From positions 40,672,001 through 40,736,000 of the forward strand of contig CM114271.1 in the NCBI GenBank assembly GCA_050084515.1: DNA of 64,000 bases, read 5' to 3'. The position numbers and the translations under genes are program-made. Shown here in pieces: positions 1-11,311 of the stretch. Source of the DNA: Blasia pusilla (taxonomy: Eukaryota). The notes beneath the pieces were generated by a model. The model searched no databases. It was not told the origin of the DNA and was given only the letters and a program-made list of their open reading frames with translations. Position 1 is the first letter of the stretch. Each line of letters starts with the position of its first letter.

Positions 1-797
1 CTTGCTTGGATGTAGCTTCAGCCCATGTAACTGCAATCGTCGAAACACCTCCTCTAGATGTCGCTCATGCTCCTCAACTGTGGCGCTAAACACTATGATA
101 TCATCAATATAACACCTAACAAAATCGAGACCTACCAAGATCCTATCCATGATCCTCTGAAACTCAACCGGGGCGTTCTTTAACACGAATGGTAAGAACC
201 GCCACTCGTACAAACAATCCTTCCTATAAGCATCGATGCCCCAAAATGCCATCTTCTGCATGTCTTCTAATCTGATAGGCAACTGATGGTATCCGGCTCG
301 CAATCCAATGAACTAAAGACCTTTGCATGGCCAATCACATCAAAGATCTCCTCAGGGGTGGATATGGCATACCTATCAGACTTTGTTTGCTGATTGATAG
401 GTCGGTAATCTCCACACATTCGCCTATCCGTCTAGTTGCCATGCACATCCTTCTTGGCAAGCATGATAGTGGCAAATGCATACTCTCCATGCGACATCTC
501 CACTAGTCCTGCTCCAACCAAGTCCAGGCTCCTACTCTAAATCAGAGCCCTCTCCATGTCACTATACTTGTAGGATCGTCGAAAGATCAGAGTGTCACTC
601 GACAACTCAATGCGGATCCCTCGACCATTCAACGTACCCAAATCATGCATACTAAATGCAAAACAGCTCCTATAACTCCTAAGGATCTGGTGTATCCGAC
701 ACCGCTCTCATCCTGTCAACTTAGGGCCCATATCAGGCTCCCAAGTCTCCACCATGACTACGATAGGACTCTCCGGCGTGGATGTCGGTGGTTGCTA
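1..797 (-). mobile_element. Ty3/gypsy family-1 (DNMT-bearing) element, reverse transcriptase part; continues beyond window start
   Basis: Minus strand reads CYIDDIIV...VEEHERHLEEVFRRLQLHGLKLHPSK (RT YxDD). It is homologous to the family-2 RT at 13.8-14.55 kb and joins 24520 onward once the chromovirus is removed. Confidence 0.9.
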
Positions 798-1151
798 CGT
801 AACCATCCTTTGTTAGTCATAGTTAAGTTAGAATCTATGACATGAAGCGCATAAGTGAGAAAGAATCAACCAAAAAGAGAAAAAGACAAGATACATGAGA
901 TAAAGATGAGAGTGGGGCCATAGGTTGGTGAAAAGGAAGATAAGGATGAGGTTGAGGAAGATGAGGTTGGGACATTAGACTCCAAAGGAGATCCTTTCAT
1001 GCTATGAGAGTAGGACATGTGGCATAAGGATAGGTAGAACTAATTTGTCTTCATTGTACCTATCTCTAAGTATATAAAGGAAGAGGAGAGGCCTTGAGAG
1101 CATTCTACCTTTGAGCAATTCTAGAGTGGTTCCGTGAGCTAGAGAGCTACA
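798..1151 (+). repeat. 5' LTR of chromovirus
   Basis: (C)GTAACCATCC...GAGCTACA; close direct copy at 24166-24519; TATATAAA at ~1070. Confidence 0.92.
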
Positions 1152-1152
1152 A

Positions 1153-1164
1153 TGGTATCATAGC
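1153..1164 (+). promoter_or_regulatory. Primer-binding site, initiator tRNA-Met type
   Basis: TGGTATCATAGC, one mismatch to the canonical TGGTATCAGAGC, 1 nt after the LTR. Confidence 0.85.
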
Positions 1165-1432
1165 AAGGTTGATCTTTCAACGAGAGTGGATTATCCCTCT
1201 TGGAAGTATGACCAAGTAATGTTTTTTAACACTCGATGTATAGTCCATGTGGTTTGTCAACCTAAGATAGCATATAGAGAGTTTATGGTGAGGAAGTTTG
1301 GCCAAGAGTATTATGATAAAGTCATTACGTCAACACTGCCTTTTATAGTCCCTATTGTGCAAAATTGGCAAGTATATATCTTGATCTTATATTAGAGTGA
1401 TATTAAAGGGTTAGGGAAAAGTCGGAGCGATC

Positions 1433-1543
1433 ATGGAAGAAACTTTGAGGGATATGATTCGTGAATTGAGAGAGTTGAGAGTTGTATTTGATTAAAGTCA
1501 AAACCAAGTCCAAGAATTAGCGCAAGAAGTTGCTTTGGTCAGA

Positions 1544-1580
<37 letters not shown>

Positions 1581-1845
1581 CCAATAGGTGGGATGGAGAC
1601 GGAAACCACGAGTGTCGTGACTTCTGGGAAGAGTAACGAAACCTTAAGGGCACGAGCATTGGAGGCCCAAGTAGCACAAAGAGTGATGGAGATGAATGCT
1701 CAAGCATCATTGATATTGAAAACGACAAAGGCATGCAAGGTAGAACCGTACAAAGGAAGTCGATCCATGGGGGTATTAGAGGGTTGGATCACTCGAATGG
1801 AAATCCATTTATCCCTTTTCAACATTGATGATCATATTGTAGGGA
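1433..1845 (+). pseudogene. Chromovirus gag N-terminal part (truncated)
   Basis: KVEPYKGSRSMGVLEGWITRMEIHL retrotransposon gag-like text; duplicated in inverted orientation at ~21815-22158. Confidence 0.8.
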
Positions 1846-2706
1846 TTGTTGCAATTTGAGCAAAACCTTTGACAAATCTTTGATAGAATCCTGTAAATCC
1901 TAGAAAACTCTTCAATTGAGTTTGATCTTCATGTGCACTCCATTTTTGGATCGCTTATACCTTCTCACTCATCACTTGAATACCTTCTGCGCTTACTCGA
2001 TGCCCTAAATAATCAATTTCTGTTTTACCAAACTCACATCTTTAAGCTTTAGCATACAACTCATTATCTCTTAGGATTTGAAGGACTTCTCGTAGATGAT
2101 TTATACGCTCTTCTATCGTTTTACTATAGACTAAAATATCATCTAAGAATACAATGATAGACTTATCTAAATATGGACAAAAGATATCATTCATTAGGCC
2201 CATAAAGATTGCAGGTGCATTAGTAAGACCAAATGGCATAACTAAGTATTCAAAGTGTCCATACCTAGTACGAAAAGCAGTCTTGTGCACATCTTCATCC
2301 ACAATTCGAATTTGGTTGCAGCCGTTACGAAGGTCAAGTTTGGTGAAGTATTCAATGCTCGATAGTTGATACATAGTCCCATGCTTCTATCCTTCTTTTT
2401 CACAAAAAAGACAGGGCTCCATATGGCAAGACGCTTGGTTGGATGAAGCCTTTCTGCAACATCTCATCCATTTGGGCTTTGCATTCTTCTAATTTTCTTG
2501 GACCTAAGCGATAAGGAGCCTTACATGGTGGTGTGCTTCCTGGAAGGACCTCAATCTTGTGGTCTACCCTCCGTTTGGGTGGTAACCCTGATGGTAAATC
2601 ATTTGGGAATACATCTTTATATTCCTCCAATACTTCTCTCAACTCGTCTGGTACCTCTTAATATTTTTTCAAACCAAAAACATCTCTTATTAAACCTAGG
2701 AAACAT
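1846..2706 (-). pseudogene. Chromovirus reverse transcriptase (inside inverted segment)
   Basis: [71 protein letters not shown]. Confidence 0.93.
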
Positions 2707-2810
2707 TGTCGTGCGAATCCACATCGTCATACAGCATACATCGTTGACATAGCATACTCACATACGTACATAACATAGACGAGAGTATCCACAAATGCAA
2801 GTGTACCACA
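2707..2810 (-). repeat. Terminal repeat B2 (104 bp) of family-2 element
   Basis: Near-identical to 3183-3286; forms the true 3' end next to the TSD. Confidence 0.9.
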
Positions 2811-2812
2811 AC

Positions 2813-3180
2813 TGAAATCCGTGAAAGACCTACTGTCATAAAAAACGTTTACAATCATATACAATCGAGCCAAACCCACTCCACGATGGGAGAATCTAGG
2901 TCGAAGCTTGCGGGAAACACCATAGCCAAGAGCTCTACTCACTACCAAGGCTAACTCCCAACGCAACAGGCTCAACTCAAAGAACTGACTGTTCTTTGAG
3001 TGCACTCCACCTTATATCCTCCAACCTAAGAGCGGGCCCTACTAGGAAACTCACCCCCAACTAAGTAACCCCCAACCCTATGCATGGAACCGCATCTCTA
3101 CCAAGCCACTACGGTCCTACATAAGGAATGGCCTCTACTAGCACACTATACTCTACGACATAATCTGTATGGTCATGACA
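2813..3180 (-). repeat. Repeat A2 (368-bp LTR core) of family-2 element
   Basis: Direct copy of 20168-20535 with about a dozen mismatches by eye; TG...CA ends. Confidence 0.93.
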
Positions 3181-3182
3181 GC

Positions 3183-3286
3183 TGTTGTGCGAATCCACAT
3201 CGTCATACAACATACATCGCTGACATACCATACTCACATACGTACATAACATAGACGAGAGTATCCAAAAATGTAAGTGTACCACA
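3183..3286 (-). repeat. Repeat B1 (104 bp), directly downstream of the polypurine tract
   Basis: Copy of 2707-2810; preceded on the minus strand by TTAGGGGGGCGA-GT (PPT, ~3289-3300). Confidence 0.9.
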
Positions 3287-3461
3287 ACTCGCCCCCCTAA
3301 CTGGCGGTTAGGTCCCTCTAACTCCCAGGTAGCCCTATACATCTACTACATGCTATACACCTTCTTGGGTGCCCGAATCAGAAGGCCGGGTGCTAGGTTG
3401 CCCCATCGTTAGTCGCACATCTATAATCCATATCATGCAAAGATCAAGTCATCTACCTCTC

Positions 3462-4428
3462 CTAAGTACATCGAGGACAAACCCACCTTCTAGTAGGAAC
3501 GACATCCAAACGTGGAGTCAAACACATCATGTGCCAACCCCTAGAACACCGATCACACACCAACATACGGGTTGCGTTACCAGCAGACCCACACGACATG
3601 CACCTCAAGCTAGCACGTATCATGGCTAAGCTTGGATCAACAGTACCATCCACATTTGGAAGATGACATGGCGCACAATTACGCACATGGTCCTTCCAAA
3701 CAACTCCATCACGACCCTCCAACATGAGAACTCCAGAAGCTAACACCTCGCGCACTCGTAAAATAGTGCGGCCTGCCGTCACATCCAACGTTGTCGGTGC
3801 AATCTGCTGCAAATAGACATAGTCCCCCACATGGAACCTACGAATCGATGGTCGATAACCTCCACCCCGAATGGTTGCATACCGCAACGTATCCCTGTGT
3901 TGAGCAATGGCAAGATTCTCAAAGGCTGTTGGCATAACTCTCCGAAAGAGCTCCGCCGGCCCGAGAACACACCCTCATCCACATCTCTGGGTCATCAAGG
4001 TTCACCACCTCACTAGACTCGACGAATTGTTCTTTGGCAAGTCCGGATCTCGGCCGTATAATGTAAAAATAAGGTGAGAAGGAAGCCAAGGATGCTTGGC
4101 GACTGAACCTATACCCCATGGCTAACCATGGCAACTGAATATCCAAGTCTCCAAGATGCCCCTTTTGTAGGCCATACTTGCGCAATGCCCTCTTCACCGT
4201 CTGAACCACACGCTCAGCCAAACCACCCGCCTCTGGATGATCTCGAGACGTGGTCCGATGATCAATCAACGCCTTGTTACACAAGACCTGAAACTCACCC
4301 TGAAACTCTGTACCCTGGTCGGTCAGCACTTTAGCTGGTGCACCAAAATGACTAAGCACTCTATCCAGAAACGCATACGCCGTTCCCTCACTTGCCTTGT
4401 CCGGTAATGCCACCAACTCAATCCACTT
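3462..4428 (-). pseudogene. Family-2 integrase core/C-terminus with terminal PHD finger
   Basis: KWIELVAL...VLTDQGTEF...HPEAGGLAERVVQT (rve DDE), then CMSC...MLVCDRCSRGWHMMCLTP...WVCPRC (C4HC3 PHD). One frameshift near 3920-4050. Confidence 0.92.
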
Positions 4429-4899
4429 CACTAGAAGAAATGTGTGGTTTTTATGACTAGGCTATAAATGACTCACCGAAAGAATGACTCAAATCATGAC
4501 TAAAATGGTTGAGTCATAAAATTTATGTTCATGCAACTCACGTGGTTATCTGCTTATGACTAAAGCAGTTATCAATACCCTTCAGTCAAGACTAGTCGTA
4601 CTTGTTTCACTTGTCTAGTAATACCTAGTCATAAACAACGACTAATGTGCTTAAGTAGTCCATGCTCCATTGTTAAGGGGTTTTTTGTTGTTGTTGGGAT
4701 ATATACCATGCATTTCTTGGCTGTGGGTACCGATGCCCCTCTGGAAAACCATTATTGATTTTTGGACCATATTAAGGGGGGTGGAAAGGTGTTCCGAAAG
4801 AGGAAGATGGCATTGAGTATGAATATTTTAACTCTTGAGGCATTTTCATGTTAACATGCTTTTAACATTCCCTACAACCATTAGATGGTGGTGAAACTT

Positions 4900-6290
4900 G
4901 CCACAAGCCTTGTGATTAAATCCCCCCACAATTTCAACGAGAAGGAGGAGGGGAGAAAATGATGGCTCAAGAAGGAATACGAGGACTTTGACCAATCTTG
5001 TTCTAAGGCGTTGTATCATTTTCGTGGTAACATGGTGATAACTTTTCTTTCTATCATTGCATGTTAATGAATATTTGGCCTCGCCTTGCCAATAAGTTCC
5101 TCCCCATTTTCAAAGGTGCAGATCTGACATGGAAGATCCCATACTAATACCAAAAATCAAAAGCCTTAATTAGGGTTTACGGTTTTTAATTCCATGTGTG
5201 AGTGATCATTTGCACTTTTTTCTTTTGCCATGTATTCCTAGGGTTGGGTTGCTCCCCAGGGAAAAGTATCATGATTTTTGGACTCTTGGCTGAGGAGGAG
5301 GGGAGAAAATGATGGATCAAGAAGAGGACGAGGACTTTGAGTAGTCTCGTTCCAAAGTGTTCTATCATTTTCACGGTAACATGATGAAATCTTTTATTTC
5401 CACCATTGGATGTTGATAAAACTTTGGCAAAGCCTTGCCAATACGTTCTTCCACGTCTTCAACGGTGCAGATCTGCTATTACAGATCCCATACTAATACC
5501 AAAAATCAAAAGCCTTAATTAGGGTTTACGGTTTTTAATTCCATGTGTGAGTGGTCATTTGCACTTTTTTCTTTTGCCATGTATTCCTAGGGTTGGGTTG
5601 CTCCCCAGGGAAAATTATCATGATTTTTGGACTCTTGGCTGAGGAGGAGGGGAGAAAATGATGGATCAAGAAGGAGGACGAGGACTTTGAGTAGTCTCAT
5701 TCCAAAGTGTTCTATCATTTTCACGGTAACATGATGAAATCTTTTATTTCCACCATTGGATGATAAAAATTTGGCAAAGCCTTGCCAATACGTTCTTCCA
5801 CGTCTTCAATGGTGCAGATCTGCTATTACAGATCCCATACTAATACCAAAAATCAAAAGCCTTAATTAGGGTTTACGGTTTTTAATTCCAGGTTTGAGCA
5901 GTCATCTGTAATTTTTTCGTTTCCCCTGTGTTCCTGGGGTGTGGGTGCCCCTATGGGAAAAGTCTCATGATTTTTGGACTCATGGGTGATGGGGAGGGGA
6001 GAAAATGGTGGATCGAGAAGGAAGACGATCGCAAGGACTTCATGTAGTCTTGTTCCAAACCATCTTGTCATTTTCATGGTAACATGGTGATAAATTTTTC
6101 TTTGCACCATTGGATGGTGATGAATATTTTCTTTATCATTTTCATTAAATCGTTCCACATCTTCAACGGTTTAGCTCTGCCATTTAAGACCCCTTATTGG
6201 CGGACACCTCCTTTGGGGTTTTCGATTTTTAAATCTATGTGTGAGTGGTCATTTCAAGTTTTTTCTTTTCCCTTTTGATCCTCGTGCTGG
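4900..6290. repeat. Tandem array of about four ~348-bp units inside the CACTA element
   Basis: GGGAGAAAATG(A/G)TGG recurs at ~4951, 5301, 5650 and 5998; GGTGCAGATCTG recurs at ~5115, 5464 and 5811. The two middle units are near-identical. Confidence 0.88.
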
Positions 6291-7049
6291 GGTGCCCCTC
6301 TGGTCAAAGTTGCGGCACACATGAGGAAAGCGTTCGGATCTATTTGCAAAATGGACGATGCGACAAAACACTAGGGTGCGTATTTTGTACTCCTGATTGT
6401 AACCACGTCAATGTGGCCGATTTGACGTTGAGAGTGAAAACTATATAAGTTTGGTTGCCCATATCTATTGTCAAAGGGCTCTTCTTGTAGTGAGATGGAT
6501 CCTAGGTGGCATTGCTGGTAATATCCTAGGTTGATGTGGCATATTTAGTCCTAGGTGGCTTGCTGCGTCAGAGCGGGCATGGGAGGGAATGGACACCCGT
6601 ATAGCATACAAACGTTTGGTGTTTGGTGCCCAAGTAAGGTGTGTTGTGTTTGGCGGGAGAGAGTGTGCACTCGAGTGGGATGGTCGGAGTTTCTCCAAGA
6701 GTGGGAAGTTCAAAGATTAGGGGATTGGGGAGGTCAGGAGGCTGAGAACAATTTGTTGTGAACGTTGTGAAGACTTTTACGCCTAGACCGCAAGCTCCGA
6801 GTTTGTTCTGAAGACTCTGCTCTCTGAAGATTGTTTCATCTTCTCAGCCGCGGTTAGCTCTCTCTCTCTCTCTGTGCCTTTGCGATGTTCTCTCTCTCTT
6901 TGCGCAACATCTGGAAGAGCCTTGCAAAATGACGTTCAACTTCTTCTCGGACTTCAAAGATCGCTCCTCTCTACAATGTTGTCTTGCTATTGACCCGAGC
7001 ATGTCCGAATAGCTTGGTGGCTCTGAAGGTTGAAACTTCCTACGATGTA

Positions 7050-7439
7050 CCGGTGTTGAAACTAGACCTACACTTTGTCGCACGCGCTCTTCATCTACAA
7101 ACCACTCATCGTTCACTTTGCTGACACTCCAGTTGAAGTATTGCAGGAGAATACTAGCTTCAGTCCTTGACAGGGAAAGGAAATTTGTGATTTTGGTCAT
7201 CGCTTCTTGTCGCTGGCGAATGTCCCTCTCATTGAGAATTGTGTAATTGGACTGAGGAAGCCTAGAACTCACATGAACGTCAAGTAAAGGGAATCATCGA
7301 AACCGTAGTCCGGCTCATCATCGTCATCATCACTGCCCATGGTATTCTCACTCGCCTTGTCATCCTCTTCATTCATATCATAGAAGTCCCCGTCTAATGT
7401 TCCATACCAAGCATCCTGCATTTCATCTTCGGAGTCCAT
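7050..7439 (-). pseudogene. ARI: Captured 5' fragment of an ARIADNE RBR E3 ubiquitin ligase gene
   Basis: MDSEDEMQDA...acidic tract, then a frameshift, then QSNYTILNERDIRQRQ...EASILLQYFNWSVSKVNDEWFVDEERVRQSVGL, typical of plant ARI N-termini. Truncated before RING1. Confidence 0.88.
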
Positions 7440-7626
7440 CGAGAGCGTCGAGAGCGTTTAGGGCGTACGCCAAGGTGTCTCCAATTCTAGGCGGGAAGAA
7501 AGCTTTTCGAATTCGAGTGGAGGTAGTTAGAAAATTTTGGGTGTTGGTGACTCCAAATAGATCTGAAAATCATGGTGTGACTGTTTAGAGTGATACCTTA
7601 GCCAATTATCGTCGATCATGTGGTGT

Positions 7627-7629
<3 letters not shown>

Positions 7630-7675
<46 letters not shown>
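7630..7675 (+). repeat. (GA)n microsatellite
   Basis: About 22 GA units, lying upstream of the ARI fragment as a CT tract on the minus strand. Confidence 0.95.
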
Positions 7676-7677
<2 letters not shown>

Positions 7678-7751
7678 GCAGGTGCCAAGCATTGTAGCCA
7701 GAATCTGTGAAGGAGATCGTTACAAAGTTTGAAGGATTGGGTTGCTGATAT

Positions 7752-8850
7752 TCAGTTCTGTTGCACATCATTGGGTCTTTTGATGAGACTTGTGCTACAA
7801 TGTGCACTTCTTTTCCACGATATAATGTAGAGCCCTAGTGCTAGTAAGACTGAACTGGAGGCTGCATATGGAAGCGTTGGGGATGTGTTTTCTTCTACTT
7901 TGAGGTTTAGAGTGGCTGTGTGCAGGCTGCTCTCCGAAACCTTGGAAGTCCAAAAAGTTGCTTTCAGCTCCCGCAAATTCTCCGTGATACTTAAAGTTGG
8001 AGCTAGCTGCAGGTTGTTACCAACCAAAAATGCATTCTTCAAGTGTTCCTCGAGTTGTACAAACAGAGAATTCTTAGAGTCATGCTTTTCATGAAGTAGT
8101 TGTGTTTGGCTAGTCATCTTGGCAATGTCCTCCCTCAATTGATCAATTTCAACATTTTTTTTCTCCACACTTCCTTGCAAACGGTCAAGCTTTGCATGAA
8201 GTCCTTCTGACTGTTGATAGAGCTCGCAAAATTTATTGACAGTAACTGTGAGCTTGTTGACATCGTTGCCGCGTGAAAGTTATGCTGCCTTCAAAGAAGA
8301 TTGCTTCTCCTCAATGACTTCCTTAAGATTTGCAACGTGCTCAGACAACTCTATTGCGTATTACTGTAACCAGCCATAGATTCCAATTGGGCGTCCAATT
8401 ATGATATTCTCACCTAACTTGACTGTATGTAAGCTTCAGTCTCTTTAGAACGTCCTACCTAAGCAAAAAAAATATTTTCAGCTTTCCCAACTTCTTCTTG
8501 CTTTAGGTGCAAGAGCGCTTCTAGATTGAGGATTTTCTCAGATAGAATCTCAACTTGTTGATGAGCCCCTCTAAGACCAGTCAGTTAAGATTCCAATTCC
8601 ACTATCTGCAACTGGCACTACTGCAACTCATTCTCAGTCTTCTCCAACTTTAATGCCAAGATTAAGTGCGATTCCTTCTCAGCCTCTATCCTACTTTGGG
8701 CATTCCTCAACTCCGTACTAAGCTGCATGGAAGTCGCCATCAAAACTTTGGCATCTTGACCAGCTAGGATTGCCTTATTCTGGGCATCAACCACCTCTGA
8801 AACCAACCACTCAACTTTCTCCAATTATGATATTCTCACCTAACTTACAG
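7752..8850 (-). pseudogene. Captured fragment of an unidentified long coiled-coil protein gene
   Basis: Heptad-like E/K/Q/L-rich frames (ORFs 8618-8824 and 7752-8180) interrupted by stops. Confidence 0.55.
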
Positions 8851-8929
8851 CACTTGGTTTCACAAGTAGATGAATCAAGTATATTTAAAGTAGTTTTTTT
8901 GTACTGTTTACATGTTCACAGCGATTCAG

Positions 8930-11311
8930 ATCGTTCGTTGGGGGGTACTACATGATGTGGTTGATGACACAGGTCGAGATCTGAAGAATGTGAGGGAGCA
9001 CTTTGGTGATGATGTGGCGAGACTAGTGGATGGTGTGTCAAAGTTAAGTCATATCAACCAGGTATGTCCCAACCTTGTTCATGCCTATTTCTGATAAGAG
9101 TTGGTGATTTGAAAGGTTTTTCTGAATACAAATTATAGGTCAAGTCCAACAGACATGCAAGGTCCTGTCCAGGAAAGAAGGCTTGCTGCAGATATATCTA
9201 GCAAGTGGAGGGATTAATGAAGATGTGAACAGGAAAGCAGAATCTTCAAATGTTTTTTGTAGCTCTGTAGGGCGGCGGGCTTTGCTGATTGTACAATCCT
9301 CGTATTTTGAACAAAATGAATAGAAAAGAATTCAGTGATCAACTGCAAATGTGGCTAATAGGTAGGGATCTCATACAAATCATAGTAGGTATAGAGGGCA
9401 AGGGGGTTCAAGTCAAGGAATATTCAACTGGTTTCCAAACTCTGATTGGTATGATGGTTTAAGCTTCATTCTCAGGACCTGTCTATCAAAGTGAGGAAAT
9501 GGAAATCCTTTGAACAGTCCGATGAGTTGGAAGAGCCGAGTTGGAGGGGCAAACGTGGTTCAAATAGACTTGTTATTAAGTAGTCGGTTCCATTCGCTAA
9601 ATTTCAAGCCCAACATCACCTTTTTCAAATAAAGTCGCCATTTGTTCTCCTTAAAATAATTCCCCATGTGAATTCATATGTTTCATAAGAGGAAATTTTG
9701 GGTCTATATTTGGGTATTGATTTACTATCTGGTACTCACTGCAACTTTTGAGGAGGCACGGAAGGATAACAGCTTGTCAAAATTCAACAGAGGCCGGTGG
9801 TTTGAGTCCAGCAGAGGTAAGTGCACCTTGTCCCCGTGAAGTAATGACTCTGTTTTGTGTGTCATCTCTTCATTTAGTATACAAGTCATGAGTAGACTTG
9901 TAAAGAACTTAAGACTTTCCCACTAGGGGAATGCTTTTTCGTTCCTCGGCCGACGGGTAACATTTTATCAAGATTTTTTTCAGGGTTTACTCTAATAGAT
10001 GGTCAAGAGTTAGCTGTTTAACTTTGGAGTCCAAAATAGACTTATCTCTTGGAGTTATGACAACCTCTAAACAGTGTAGCCTTGGTTATTTACTTGGCAA
10101 CCAGGTGGACAGTTTGCGCGTTATGCTACTGGGTAACATCAATGATCCTCGTGTGGTCCTCATCAAACTGGCCAATCGTCTACACAACATACGAACAATG
10201 TAAGTATCAGTAGAGGAAGTCTGGTTCAAAGTTCCCTCTTGATTTCAAACCAGCAAAAGCTCACTACTTTGGCAAACTTTTTACATACTATGAAGTACAT
10301 ATTCATGTCAAAGGACTTTCTTGGAGGATATCATGATGCTGATGGTCTTGATTGCATTCTGTGTGTAGTTATGCTCTCCCACCATCGAAAGCATATGTCA
10401 GAGCACAAGAAACTTTGGCGCTTGGTGCTCACCGGCATCAAGGCTTGGTGTGTGGGCGTGAAGGCGAGCTAGAAGATCTCTGTTTTCTTTGTCTTGCAAG
10501 TATGTCCCAAATTCTATTTCAGATGACTTTTCAGGTTCCCCACGGATGTCTTCTTGTCACACTTTGATGCGTGGGGGGTAGTCGGTGGGTGGTAACTAAT
10601 TCTAGTTATCACTAGTTTACGAGTTATGATGTATTGTTCTTTACTGGAGGCCCTCTCATAATGTGCCTCCAACCTGCGGTGCTAGCCCAAAAACTTTTGG
10701 AGACTACGAGCCGCACTAGCCGCCATATGGAGTCCACACAAAGACTGGAGGTATTTAAGGAGAATGACCAAAAGAGCTAAACGAAGAGCACTACTCTATG
10801 GTGATCTGGTGCAAGAGGAATTGGAACCCAAACCGGATCGAAGATGAGGAAGAGTTGACAATGAAGGTGTGCATATCTCCCATAGCCTTGCAAAGTAAAA
10901 GATGAAGGTGTTTTTTCAGAACAGAACACCTTTAACTACATTTTGTCATCGGGTTGAAGGTACTTGGGTCGTGCAATATTCATGGTGTCGATCTGTGGGG
11001 ATTGCATCCAGATCATTTCAGATCATATGTTACTTATTCTCATTGCCCACCTTTGATGCTGAACTGAGAGAAAGCTGGTGTACTTACATGTTGATTGGTG
11101 ATCAACAATAATGCAAGATCTTCTTGAAGCAGTTGTGCCATTTGATATATTATTAGATCGTAACAGGCGCAGTGCTAGACTTGGTTCCCCTGGAAATCCA
11201 GGAGAGATAAGTAAGAAGAAAACAAAGGTGATACGGGATGCTGAAGTTGCCCTTGCTACTTTGGGTGCCTATGAGGATGCTCTTGACAAGGAGCTTCTTA
11301 TTTCAACCTCG
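8930..11311 (+). pseudogene. RSH: Captured multi-exon fragment of a plant RelA/SpoT homolog (HD hydrolase region), with introns
   Basis: Exons ending in GT donors: GVLHDVVDDT...VDGVSKLSHINQ (to 9061); ~9745-9816; VDSLRVMLLG..DPRVVLIKLANRLHNIRT (~10105-10199); YALPPSKA...ELEDLCF (~10369-10499); DLLEAVVPFDILLDR...ELLISTS (to 11311). Confidence 0.88.

Noticed and set aside
4900-6290. CRISPR-like periodicity
   Set aside because: Whole units repeat with no unique spacers, the context is eukaryotic, and there are no cas genes.
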